Made by a program: the position numbers and the translations under genes. From the NCBI GenBank assembly GCA_965113315.1, contig OZ220376.1: a DNA stretch of 64,000 bases; one strand, written 5' to 3'. This document shows positions 44,510 to 57,000 of this stretch, in pieces. This DNA comes from Podarcis vaucheri (taxonomy: Eukaryota). The stretch's first letter is position 1; every line of letters begins with the position of its first letter. A model generated the notes under the pieces. It did no database searches and was not told where the DNA came from. It saw nothing but the letters and a program-made list of their open reading frames with translations.

Positions 44510-47500
44510 TAAACATGCAATACAAATGCTGTGTGTTAGAGATGAAACTGCAAGCTGCTGCATCTTAAGTTATACAACTCTTAGGTTTTCCACTTAGAAA
44601 GAAATGAGGAAATAAAAAAGCTGAAACTTGAAACAATCACCATAATAAACAGGAGGGTTTTATTATCTGGGATTAGAAACAGTATGCAGACATAAGCATC
44701 ATCATGCAGCAACAGAAGGAACTCAATTTTTAAGAGAAAAAAGCTCAGAAATAAATACCCCTATAATGTAACTATGAAGTAGCAATAAAACTGGATATTG
44801 TTACAACTTTTACTATTGGAGAGTTCAGCTTGATCACCACTTAAAAGTATGTGCACTCCTATGTACACTTACCTGGGAGTAGGTCCCATAGACTCAGTGG
44901 GATTTGCTTCTAAGTACCATGCATACCAAAAGGTTGCAATTGCTTATAATAATTGTAGACAAGAATTAGCTATCCCAAGCTAATTTATATCACTACCCCA
45001 TGAAATAATTGATCACTGAATATACTAACCTAGGTCTCATGTTTATTTCTATAACCAGAATTAATGCCTGAAAAACCCAGAGCTTCCCATTTGGAACTTT
45101 CACTTTGAGTTTCATGGACTTCAGAAACAAGTTTGCATAAACTGAAACAAGCTTTTCACACATTAGTTTGCTCCTTAATTGATGGGAAGCTTCCAAACAA
45201 TTCTAGTTCTTTCACAATGCAGAAGATGGGTGAATCTGAGGCAAGTGAGAAGCAGAGTCAGAGGCTGGGTTTGGGGCACAAAAGGTTTGTGCCAGCATTT
45301 TACGAGTTAGCAGACCCAGCTTGTCTTCATGGACCAAATACCTGATGGTGTTGTCTATGTGGTAATTCAAACAGAACTTTTCCAAAATACTCAGCCTTAT
45401 GTGTGGTTTATTTATATACACTTGATTGTAAAAACAACAACCACAACCACCCCTCAAAGCAGTTTAGAAATCCAGTCAAATGCAGCAGCAAAATGCTACC
45501 CGCCTCCCAAGGTCTAATATTTGCAGCAGTGTGAACTGTGACAAACACGGCTTTTAAGACTATTGCACTTGTCCTGAAAGTGGCTGAAGAGAGATGATTT
45601 AGTTGAGAGCAAGAGTATGGAGAGTGCTGTTAACTAGATACCTCAACCCTAGTCCAGACTTGAATTATATTATCACCTATTCTAAAGGTGTCCACTCAGC
45701 CACCTGAACCAGCATTTCCGCTCTCTTGCCTTTCGAAGCTTTAGACCTGCTGTTAAAGTGAGATGACTGGATCTCTTTTCCCTTCTCTGCTCCTCCTGTC
45801 TGTTCCCTCTTGGTCCAAACTGACTATTGCCCTTTAGTGCTATTGTTCTTATGGTCCTCCCACTGGCTATTCTCAAGGCTGGGAGAGACTGCTTGTCAGG
45901 AAGAGATGGGACACCATTTTTAATGGGGCAGAGATGCTTCCTCTTAATCCAAGTAAACAGCAGGATGCAGCTAGCAAATTTAAGCAAGCCAAGCAGAAAT
46001 ATGTGTCCTCTGGTGCAGTTGCAGAGCAGTTCTGCAAACATAATTGTGTCGCTGGACATTTCTTACCAGAAAGACTCCTTGAATCATTAGAGAGATGAAC
46101 TGTGCAGAACAATTATCATCCATGGGAGAAGTCAAATCTGTGTGTGTCATCATTTTCCAGAGAGGAGCTTCCCAGCACCTCTCCTGAGACAATCTAACAC
46201 AGTTGTGTGTGATGCTAAGTTGCCACTTGCTTTCACCCAGTGGGATTCAGTTTTACCAAGGGGTGGGGGGAAGGAAGAAAAACAACCAGCATGACTGACA
46301 GCTGTTGGAAGGGGGTTCTCACTGCCAAAAGCACTTCTACTTGGCTCCACTACTTCTGGTGGCTTGTTAAGAGTCATGGTTGCATTGCCTGGCTGCAGGA
46401 AAAGAATACATCCATGTTCCATATGATGGCTATTGCAGACAGTGTGCATGTATGAACAAACACATGGGTGTGTCAAAGCTTTACAGGAAAAATGGTCCAA
46501 CTTGTAGACAGAACTAGAGATAACAGCACACCAGTCTCATCTGCTCCAGAAGTGCTATTCACCTTGTGCTGGTGGAACTTTGAAAAGAGCGGATTCTCTT
46601 CTTTCCAGCAACAACCAGACACTCTCCACTTCCAAGTCTACTCCTGACTTTAAGGGCAAGAGAAACCCTCACCTTCAAAATGGAACCTAAATCTGACACC
46701 TCTTGCTCAGCACTAGTGAAATATTCTCTCTTACGGTACAAGTGAAAAGTGAACAGAAGTGGTACCAGTACTTTTGGGGGGTGAGGAAGAGAACTGGTGT
46801 CTGGGCAAGAACCTGTTCCCCTCCTTGCAAAAATGCTTAGGCTACCCAGATATCAGAGCACACCATAGAGAAAGGATGCTTGCAGTGAGAAAGCAATATC
46901 TTTGCTATGTTACAAGAAATGTTTGACCATAACAGTTTAATAGGAAAAGGACAAAAGAACGATATGAAACATTTGATAGATATGACTCAAGTACCATACA
47001 CTTCCCCTCCTTTGTATCAACATTTTTACATAAACACAACAATTAGTCTGATTAGTGGAGGGGCTTAAATATATTTAAATCATGTAAAATATTTTCAAAG
47101 TTGCTAAAAGGTCTGACGCTTTGCCATTGAACAAGACAGGAATATATTTGTACACCTCATTATACAAAGAGACAACAAATCAAGTCATCAGTTGTACAAC
47201 CGCGCTTCTCTCCCCAGGCACAACAGGCCAGCCCCCTGCAGTGCTCCACCCTGGAAAGAACCAGCTTGCTCCCCCTCCCCCTCTTCGGAAAAGGTGAAGA
47301 GTCTATTTACTACATCAATACAGCTTGGTACTAACTAGGCAACCTCTCAGTTAGTATTAGTTAAAAGCATGCTGGTAACTTTAATGCTCCTTAGTTCAAC
47401 ATGTAAATGCATCAAATTAAAATTCCATGTTTAAAATTGTATGAAATTTGATTTCCAGGATTAAGTGCCACATTCAAATTTTCCCTCTCTTACCACCTGT

Positions 47501-48079
47501 GCCGGAGTGTATCTATCTGCAAAACATGCAATTAGAAGTACCATCCATGGAGAATCCTGCAACTGGACACGGCCTGAAGGGTTCGGCAAGGGCATCCATC
47601 CGCTTGCAGCAGCGGTTACAAGTGCTGGATATCAATTAGAGACCAACTAGAAGGGAGGAAGTGGCAGCAGAAACAATGGTGGCCTCTCACACGGAGATGT
47701 TTCAAAGCTCCCTGACGAAACACAGTTGCATGATAAAATCGGAAAGTCACAGTAATAATCCCGCCCCACATGATCTGGGCTGTGCGCGTGGCTTGGCTTA
47801 ACTCATCTACACTGAAGTCAGCAGTTTGCAGCAGAAGCCAAGGGAGTCTCTCACGGCAGCAAAGAGAGCTGTGCAAGTGTGTGTGTGTTTGGAAGCCTCA
47901 ACAGAAGCACAAAAGCAAGCAAAGCGACCCTGAATTCCATTGGTTGGGCTTTTCCTTAGAGAAGGAACTAGTTTTGGCCCTGGAGATGGATGTAGGCTGG
48001 GCTGGGAAGAGTCCTCAGGCTGGGAGCATGTGGCGCTCTAGCAGCAAGGAGGGAGGCAGGGCACTGGGGGGGGGCAGTC

Positions 48080-51000
48080 TCATTTCGCAGTGTTCTGGTG
48101 GTATATGTGTCGCCAAACCTCGTGTATCTTTTTGCACCATTTATGAGCGTTCCCACTTGGGTCCATCAGGTAGTATGTCCTGTTAGGCTACAAGTAAACA
48201 AAGGTTTAGTGCCTACTCATTCCTGCAGCAAGAACCTAATTAAGCTGATCAAGGCCAGCAGGCAATGCATGGGCTTGGGCCTCCCCTCCCTCCCCTGGGG
48301 ATGAAGGCTGCACACAGCACTTTGTACATCAGAAGTCTCCCACTGTAAAAACCAGACAACGGGCAGGAGCTATTAAAAGGCAGGGGTGGCTGTGTGAGCC
48401 AACTCTGGCCTGAGAAGGTACAAGAGTCATCAGTGTGTGGAGCTGTGTTACTGGGGAGCTGCTACTTCAGGAAGTTCTAGATCCATTTTTCAAAAAAGGG
48501 GAAGGATCCCTCAGCCAATTAACACCTCCAGCACCTTCCTCAACACCTCCAGCACCTCCCAGGAAGCACTGGCAGCTGAATGGGCCCTGCTTAATACCAC
48601 ACCTGCAAGAGCCCACAGAACAGGACCGGTCAAGTCAGAACTTGTCAGCAGGAAGAGGTCACTTACTGTGTGAACAAAGAAGGTCTTGAAGTTCTTGGCT
48701 TCCGGCCGGAGTTCCAGCGACCAAGGGATTTCTCCTTTCAGAATTTTGTTGACAGGGTCCACATAGTACAAGTGTGGCCCTTCAGTGAGCAGCAGCTGGC
48801 GCCTGCGAGCAAAGAGCCCCTGCAGAGGAGGACACAACACTTAGAGCTAAGCCAGCGCTGCAGGTCAGCAGCTTCAAAGAAAGGGTCAAGAAAGCTCTTG
48901 TTATAGAGCACAAAGGGATCAATCACAGCATCTTCTGAGCAGCTAGTTTCCTCTGCCTCTCTGCCATTACCATATGCAGCACAACCAGCTCACAGGAAGA
49001 GGAAGGGGAAGTACCTATTATATTTTTTGCCTTTCCTGCAACAGTCTCCAAACCAAATTTTGGACAAATGCTGGAAGGTCTTCAAAGCTCAAACTCTCTC
49101 CTAGGCAACGCTCTCCTTCCCCAAGACCCTCATTCCCTATGACAGCAGGGGAACTGTCATCATGGGAGCGGGACCTCCCTGAAGACCCCATCCAACACTC
49201 TATCTCTTTTGCTGTTTCCAGGTCTGGGAACCAACTTGTTCCTGGAGCTCACTGTACTCTAGATACACCCACGACTTCAGTCCAGTGGGGGGATAGTCAA
49301 ATATATGGCAGGCTCTGCAAAACACTAGAAGGCCCCCCTCCCTCCCCACTGGTTTTTTAATTTTTTTCCCGTTACCTATTACCCACCACCTGGTACACAT
49401 GGAAGAGCATACAAATAAAATTATGAAATGTGGAGGTCAAGGAGAACAAACAGGGTTACACTCCCCACCACAAACTACTACATTTGGATAATCTGCTTTT
49501 GGTTTCTCTTAGTATATGTTTCTTTCCCCTCCACTATTCTGCAGGTTTTTTTATTTCATATCCCCAAGCACTTTAGACTCACAAGTACAGTGGTACCTCA
49601 GGTTACATACGCTTCAGGTTACAGACTCTGCTAACCCAGAAATAGTGCTTCAGGTTAAGAACTTTGCTTCAGGATGAGAACAGAAATCGTGCTCCAGCGG
49701 CGCAGCAGCAGCAGGAGGCCCCATTAGCTAAAGTGGTGCTTCAGGTTAAGAACAGTTTCAGGTTAAGTACAGGCCTCCGGAACGAATTAAGTACTTAACC
49801 TGAGGTACCACTGTACAATCATTTAAAGAATGAATCCGAGGCACAGGATAAGGTGACTTACCTTCCGTTTGTCAACTGGACCCATTTTCAGTATTAGATT
49901 ATTTTCTACAAACTGGTGCCTGAGAAGAAAACATCACCGTGTGTTATTTCCATCAATCCATCATTCATTGCCAAGCCATCCACTTACAGGCTTTTAGAGA
50001 CAGAGTGTCAGTGAGAGGAGGAAAAGTAGCCAGCAGCCAGATGGGCGCTCCCTGCTAAGGGCATTGTGCTCAGCGCGCAGAGGAAAAAGGTCTCTAGCAG
50101 CACTTTTATGGGACTGTCAGCTCTGGGTCACATCCCATGGCAGAAATTGGCTGCATTTCTAAGCTCTGGTGAATTCAAATGGTCCTGGTTCCCCCTTTTC
50201 TAAAGCCCGAGATTCTGCCACCCTCCATTGTTAGGAACACGCAAGTGAGGTGCAAGATTGATGAAGCTGAACTTTATTTGTGGAGCAGGACGTCACTCGG
50301 GAGGGGGGAGAGAAAGCAAGTGCAAGCACATGCGCGCACACACATTTGCATAAACCACTCTATGGAAAAAAACCGCCACACCCCGCAGTGCTTACCAGGG
50401 ATTTCCACCAGCCTGCTTTGCCAAGAGTAACCTTTTCTCCTTTTCAGAGAACTGGAGGTCCAGCTCAAAGGAATTGCTGTCGAGGTTGTGAATGTATTGC
50501 TCTATGTTGTTGCTGCTGCCTGAGGTTGGTGGGGTGGACGTCTCCGGGGAAGACAAGGACTGAGAAGAGGCGGAGCCAGACACTTGCAGGCAGCCAAACT
50601 GACTCAGGAGATTGTCATACTATCAAAACAAGAAAGATAGTTTTCAGAATAAATGGGGGGAAAGTATGTGGCATCTTATCCTTTTCTTCTGACCAATATT
50701 TCTGCCAACATAATATTCAAGTTGTCTTCAAGAGTAAATCCAGCAACATTAATGGATCTAAATTAGATGTGCCAATGAATGTGACTAACAATGGATATAA
50801 TCAATGTTATTTATTATTCTGAATGCTCTCTTTAAATGCTAATAATACTATCATGTATTTACGCTGTATAAACACTGTAAGCCCATACTTTAGGAAAGCT
50901 ACACATTTCATCTGCAAGAAAACAAATGGCTTCCAACATACAGTATCATAAAATACTGTATTTTTTCGTGTATAAGACTATATTCCCCCCCCCAAAAAAA

Positions 51001-54000
51001 ATTAGTTTAAAATTGGGGGGTTTGCGTCTTATACATAGAATGTTGTGATTATTTATTTCTTAATTTAGGCTTAAAATCGTCTTATACATGGGGGCGTCTT
51101 ATACACGGAAAAATACGGTAACTGTGTGGCCATCTTTTATTTTACTCAGTACATCACTTTTGCCATCAAGGCAAAATCCCATTCATTTTCTGGCCACTTG
51201 TTCTGCTGTTAGTGATATTCTTCATTTCTTTGCTTAAAAACATTCTTGCATCAATTCACAAATGGGACTAATTCCTCGTGCTCTGTCTCACTGAGGCTTC
51301 AACACAATTTAGTAAGGACAAGACCTAGAGAGGTTTCATATTTACTGTAAAATGCTTGATCTGCTTCCACTTTTTAATAATAGCATTAATAATAACCACC
51401 TCCCTTCTCCTGTTGACACTTCCAGCACATGCTTATACTTAAGAAAATCAGTAGGCTTCCCAAGATTTTCACTGGAATGATTTTACCTATATTCTGCAGC
51501 TATTTAACTAAATTTTATGGGTGATTTACAAGTCGTAAGAGGCCAATTTAAATCAAGAGGCTCCAGTAGAGTGATTTCAATGGGTCTACTATTGAATATG
51601 ACACTGAGACACTGGATATCACTCTGCATCGTAATAAAGGGTTATTTTACCTAATTTCCCCAAATCAGCTAATTTCCTCAGAGCAATCCTCATCCAATCT
51701 GGGTACGGTACAGGAGAGTGTGATGGGCAGCATAGCCACTGCTCCATCAGTTGCACATGTCAACCAGGACAGATGTGGGGACAAACAAACCCTTGCTCCA
51801 CTCTACAGTCCACCCTGGGACTGCTGACAGCAGTGGAGCCAGTTCAGTCCTCCCTCTCCAGAACACCCCATTTGGCAGGCAGCATGAGAAATTCAGTGGT
51901 GCTGGAGGAGTGCTGCTGAAGCCACTCTGAACAGCAGAAGGAGATTTCTGCCCTATCCATCCATGCTACCCACCCTCAATATGGCAGATGAGGGGGCTTG
52001 GGTCGCAGCCTCATTTCTTGATTCACTATTTACATAATTTATTACCCATTTTACGTTAAGACACTCAAGCCAAAGGGGGGGGGAAGGTTTGTTGGATTCA
52101 AATTTCTCCTAATTTCTGAATGATCAATAGTCCTGCCTTGATTGATTAAATCTATGTATCAGAAAAATCCCCGTCTCCAAATTTTAAAGCCTGTATCTTT
52201 CACAAATTTCACCAGCGATCCCATATTTTTAACCAGCTGGAAACTAGAACATTTCCTTTTACTTGCTTTGTTTCATTATCTCCCCACAGTACATCCATGT
52301 ATCACTCTTTAACCCTCCACTTGCATGCAGAAATTCTGCGAGAGAGGGAGGAAGCTGGGAAGGAGCTCTGCTTTCAGCTCAGTATCTGCTCTCACCCTCT
52401 GGTCATGTGAACTTTACAAGTGAAAGTGAGGGTGACAGAGGAGCCAAGGATTAGACCAGAGCAAGAACTACAGGCCTATTTCTCCCTTGAAGGATGCAAA
52501 TGTATTGAAAAGACCTTTATGGAGCATGGTAGATCAAAATGGGCACTCCTACTGCGACTGCTGAGATGGATGGAGAAGGATGTGAGGCACTCACAAGGGC
52601 AAACTGCCCTTCAGGAGCCTTTGATCTTCCCTGGCATCAGTATCAAAGCCTGCACTTACATTTCCATAGCAATCCTCATCATCTTCTGACATTGCGGGCA
52701 AATATGCAGTGAGCTTGGGTGGTGTCTGAAGATGCAGATTCTCCCAGGTGATGGAGTCGAAAAAGGGGTGGGCCTTCAAGGGCTCATATCCTCCCATTTC
52801 TTCACAGCCTAACCTCTTGGTAGCATCTTGGACCTGGTTAAGTGAAGACACAGTTACATTTTCCCTGGAAAGACTCAGGGGGCGTCTCTGGCTCCACTCC
52901 CTGTCATTTCAGATCTTGGTGACTCACGTCAGTCCACCTCTGTGGACAATCTGTTAATGTGGGACCTTTGATGTACCTAGTAGAAGCGAGACTCCAGGAA
53001 GGAGGAGGACAATTGAGATTTCTTCTCCAAGTACCCCTTCATGGTGATTCACAAGGGGCTTTTGCAATAACCCGTGAAACAAAGGCTTGTATAGGTTTAA
53101 CTGGTGTAAAGCAACGGGATAGACATCCTCTAAAGGAACTGGTCATGAAGTCAACTTGCTTCCTGGAGCAAGTGGGAGGCAAGTGGCCAATTAAAAGAGA
53201 AAAGAGGTGGAAGGAGACAGGCAGGAAGGAAAGGAATGCTGGTTGCTGGCCTTGAGGCTGACATCTGTATCATATGGTACTTGTGGTGCTAAAATCTTGA
53301 ACACCAACTGACTGAAAAGTTCCAGCTAGTTTGGGAACCAAGCTAACAGTCTAGTTCCATGAAGAGAGGGAAAGTAGAGGGGGGGGGCCTTAGCTGGAAA
53401 TTAATACCTCAATACAAGGTATAGAGGAGTCTATCTGTGGGTCGGGGTGAGGCTAGGAAGCGAAAGGGCAGAAAACCCCATGGGAAGGCGGTGGGGACTA
53501 AGAAACAAGGCCCTGAAGATGCTTTGTGGAAAAGCAGGAGGGACAGGGAACAAGTCAAAGGGGCAACAGTTGGTGGGCGGGACTCTGAAGCCTAGAGGGC
53601 CAAAACACCGGCTGGGGTAGAACAGCAGCAATGAGTACCACATTTTGTGCAAGTTATCTGACTGGAGGCTTCTAGCATGGATTGGAAACTTTTGACAATA
53701 CAATTCATTTACCAAAAGCTTTTCTACGAGATCTTTTGCCTTCGGAAAGAACTTCTCTGGGAATTCATACTCCAATTTGATTATCTTCTGGAATATGAGA
53801 TATTCATTTCTGCAAAAAGGATGGGGAAAAGTATAGTTACATCTATGCAAACATTTCCTATAAGTCTACTTCAAGGTTGAAACTATACCACCCTATGGGT
53901 ACACGGGCAAACACTAACTTGGTGGGAAGTCTGGCACTGGTGTGCTCCAAAATCTTACCCGGCTCTGAATGGTGGTAATCCTGCTACAAGCTGGTATACG

Positions 54001-57000
54001 ATGCAGCCAAGAGCCCACAGATCCGAACTTCATCATCAAGACAGGCAAAAAGATGAGAAGGCAAAGCAGAAGAGTTAGCACTGTGGGCGTATCCAATGTC
54101 ACCATCTCCTAGTTCAGGCACCCACAACAAAAGCATACAACATATTCCCTTTCAGGCAGAGCTGCAAATTCCCCTGGAGTATCAGACTCTAATTTACTCA
54201 GAATGCCTGGTAAAGGCACCTTGAAGAAAAGGTGTTTATCCCTGGGCATTTCCCAAGGATCTGATGCAGAAGCTGCCACTGTGCACTTCCTGAACCAGAT
54301 CTATGTATTTCCTCATCTTGGGTTAGGCTCCCACAGGAAGGACGGAAACAGCAGAAGAGAGACTTCAGCAAGGTCCCAATAGGGCTGAGCGATATCAGCT
54401 TTTCAATAACGCAGTGTATCGCCAGCCAAACATCGCAGTTTGGTGACATACTGTGATGCTGAAAAAACAAGATGCATTGGCCTCTCCCTGAAAAACACTG
54501 GGTGAAACTGCCCCAGCTCTCACCTCAAGTGCTGAGGCAGTTTCACCGAGACTCGTGGGTTAGGACAATGCAACTTGTTTGCGCTGGGCTGGGGGCTCTT
54601 TTAACTGCTCAACTAAGGAAAGGATAGCTGCACACTCCTCAGCCAAGCAGCTGAAAGATCCATAGGGAGGAAACAGCTGTATCGGCGCCTCGCCAATAGA
54701 GCTTGTTTCTCCCTCTCGGTTGTATAAGGGCTGTATTGGGACCTAGGCCTGGGTGATATATTGATATATTGCCCGGGACTAGTATGAGGAGCAGACCGCG
54801 ATGTTGGCTTCACTCAGCGGTATATCGCTGGTGAAACCGCCACTGCTCCCGAGTCCCTGTGTTAGCGGTGCCTGCTGGAGGAAGGACCAGTCCTGGGCAA
54901 TATATTGATATATCGGCCAGGCCCAGGTCCCAATACAGCCCTTTGAAGAAGATCCCAAGCTAAATAGGTGCTTAAAAAAATAGAAATAAATTAAATAGCC
55001 CACACAGAGCTTTCTTGTTCTCTGTCTTGTTTAATGTACAAACCAAGTAAAACGGCAAGAGATTGCAGCAAGAAAACATGATGACAATGCTTAGAACGTC
55101 TTGTCTCATGTTTTGCTGGTATGTTATGTTAAATCCAAGGGCTAATGAACTATTCATGTTACATAAAAGTAGACAAAAGCAATCCTAACAGCCATTGTCA
55201 TGCTGTTTAAAAATTTTCAGTGTTGATTATGCAGGAGGCACTGAGGCACAAGAATGGGGTACACCCTAATGGAAATAGGCTTCACCCATTTGCCTTGAAG
55301 ATCTCTCTCTCTCTCTGTCATAAAACGCCTCTACAAAGGCAACGTATGTAACTCACCTTTTGCAGGCAGACTTCTCTGTTAACAGCTCTGGAGACACATA
55401 CTGTGCTGTCCCAACAAAGGAGTTCGCCCGTGCTGAAGAAACCAAGATGCAAGTAAGCATTTAATCATTAAAAATGTCCTTACAAGGTCCTCATGAAGGC
55501 TTGGATGTGTTCATTTGGAACAATGCTTTCACTTTTGTTGTGCAATTCAAATTTCATCAGCTTTTATTTAACTATATTTGTAGGCATCCAATATTACATA
55601 ATGACTATTGTTTTTCAAACACTCCCCGCCCCCTCAACACTAAGCATTACTAAGCAGTATTTCACCCCATGGGCACCCCACTATCACCTGATTTCAGCTG
55701 CCCCATTTTAGTAACCCCGCAGGTTCCCTCTCTGATGTCATCTCCTGCGGTATAGCCATCTTACCTTTACTCAGTAAAGAACCGTCATAAACCCCATTGA
55801 GACGTAGCATTGGATACTGTGGTCAGTTTTAAGGAATTTGAAACTGCAGAAGGTTGCTTTAGTCGTTGACAGGTTGAGAAATTGCACTCACCTCGCTTGC
55901 TGTCTGCAGACAATACTTTTGCTGTCCCAAAGTCTGTAATCTGAATGTGCATGTCTCCGCTGAGCAAAATGTTCTCTGGCTTCAGGTCCCTGCAAAAGGC
56001 ACAGCTGGGAATGAGCCATGCATGCATAGAGTCATGTCATCACCAACAATTTGTGTCCCCTGGGGAAATCCCGAGTTGTCAATGTAATGCCCTAACCATG
56101 GAAAGCTGATTCTCCCCCAGGCTTCTAAAGTAACAGCAGCTATCTAGGAAATTAAGCCTGTCCTTTGGCCTTTACTGTCTCTGCCTGTTCTGGTAGGTTT
56201 GAAGTAGATTCCTACCTGCTCCTCTGCCTGGTATTGGGAGCTGCTTCCCAAATGAGTAGGAGGGGACTAGGCAGCAGGGGGACATGGAGCAGATCTGAAT
56301 GTTAGATCATGCTGAGTTCTTCTCTTCTGCCTTCTGCTGCAGGCAGGCAAAGAGTATGGAAGAGGCGCTACATTTACTCTGCTAGCGACCTGGCAGAATG
56401 GGACGTCCCTCTCCTCTACAAAAAAAAAAAAAAAAAAAACCCAAGGCAAAAGGCGACAGAGAGAGAGAGAGAGAGATTTCAACTGTCCAAAATCCCCATC
56501 TGGATACTTTGTACTCCAAGGCAGCCAATGCATTGTGCCAAATTAACTAGGCTGGTGTCGCCACAGGTGAGGAATGCAGGAAAGCCAGGAAGTCTCAACA
56601 AAGGTACCTAAGACACTGCTTGCTTGCTATGGGAACTTTTGAGTTTTGAGCCACCAGGAGAAATCTATCAGGAGGGCAACAAACGGTAACTATGACAACA
56701 GCAACAAGAACCAAGAATAGATGGATTTGAATTCATTACATTACCTGTGAATGATTCCCTTTCCGTGCAAGTACTCTAATGCAGACACAATTTCAGCAGT
56801 ATAAAACCTAGTACATGTCTCATCAAATGAGCCAATCTTCCGGATGTACTTTAGAAGCTCTCCATTTTTGGCATAGCTAAGACCAAAATCTGAATCCTAA
56901 GTTAAGGATAATTTATACTGTGAATCTCTGGACCCTAAAACACAAAGGCAGATAATCTGGGGCAATGTTAGAAGGGATAGGTGGCGATATGCTTGGAAAA

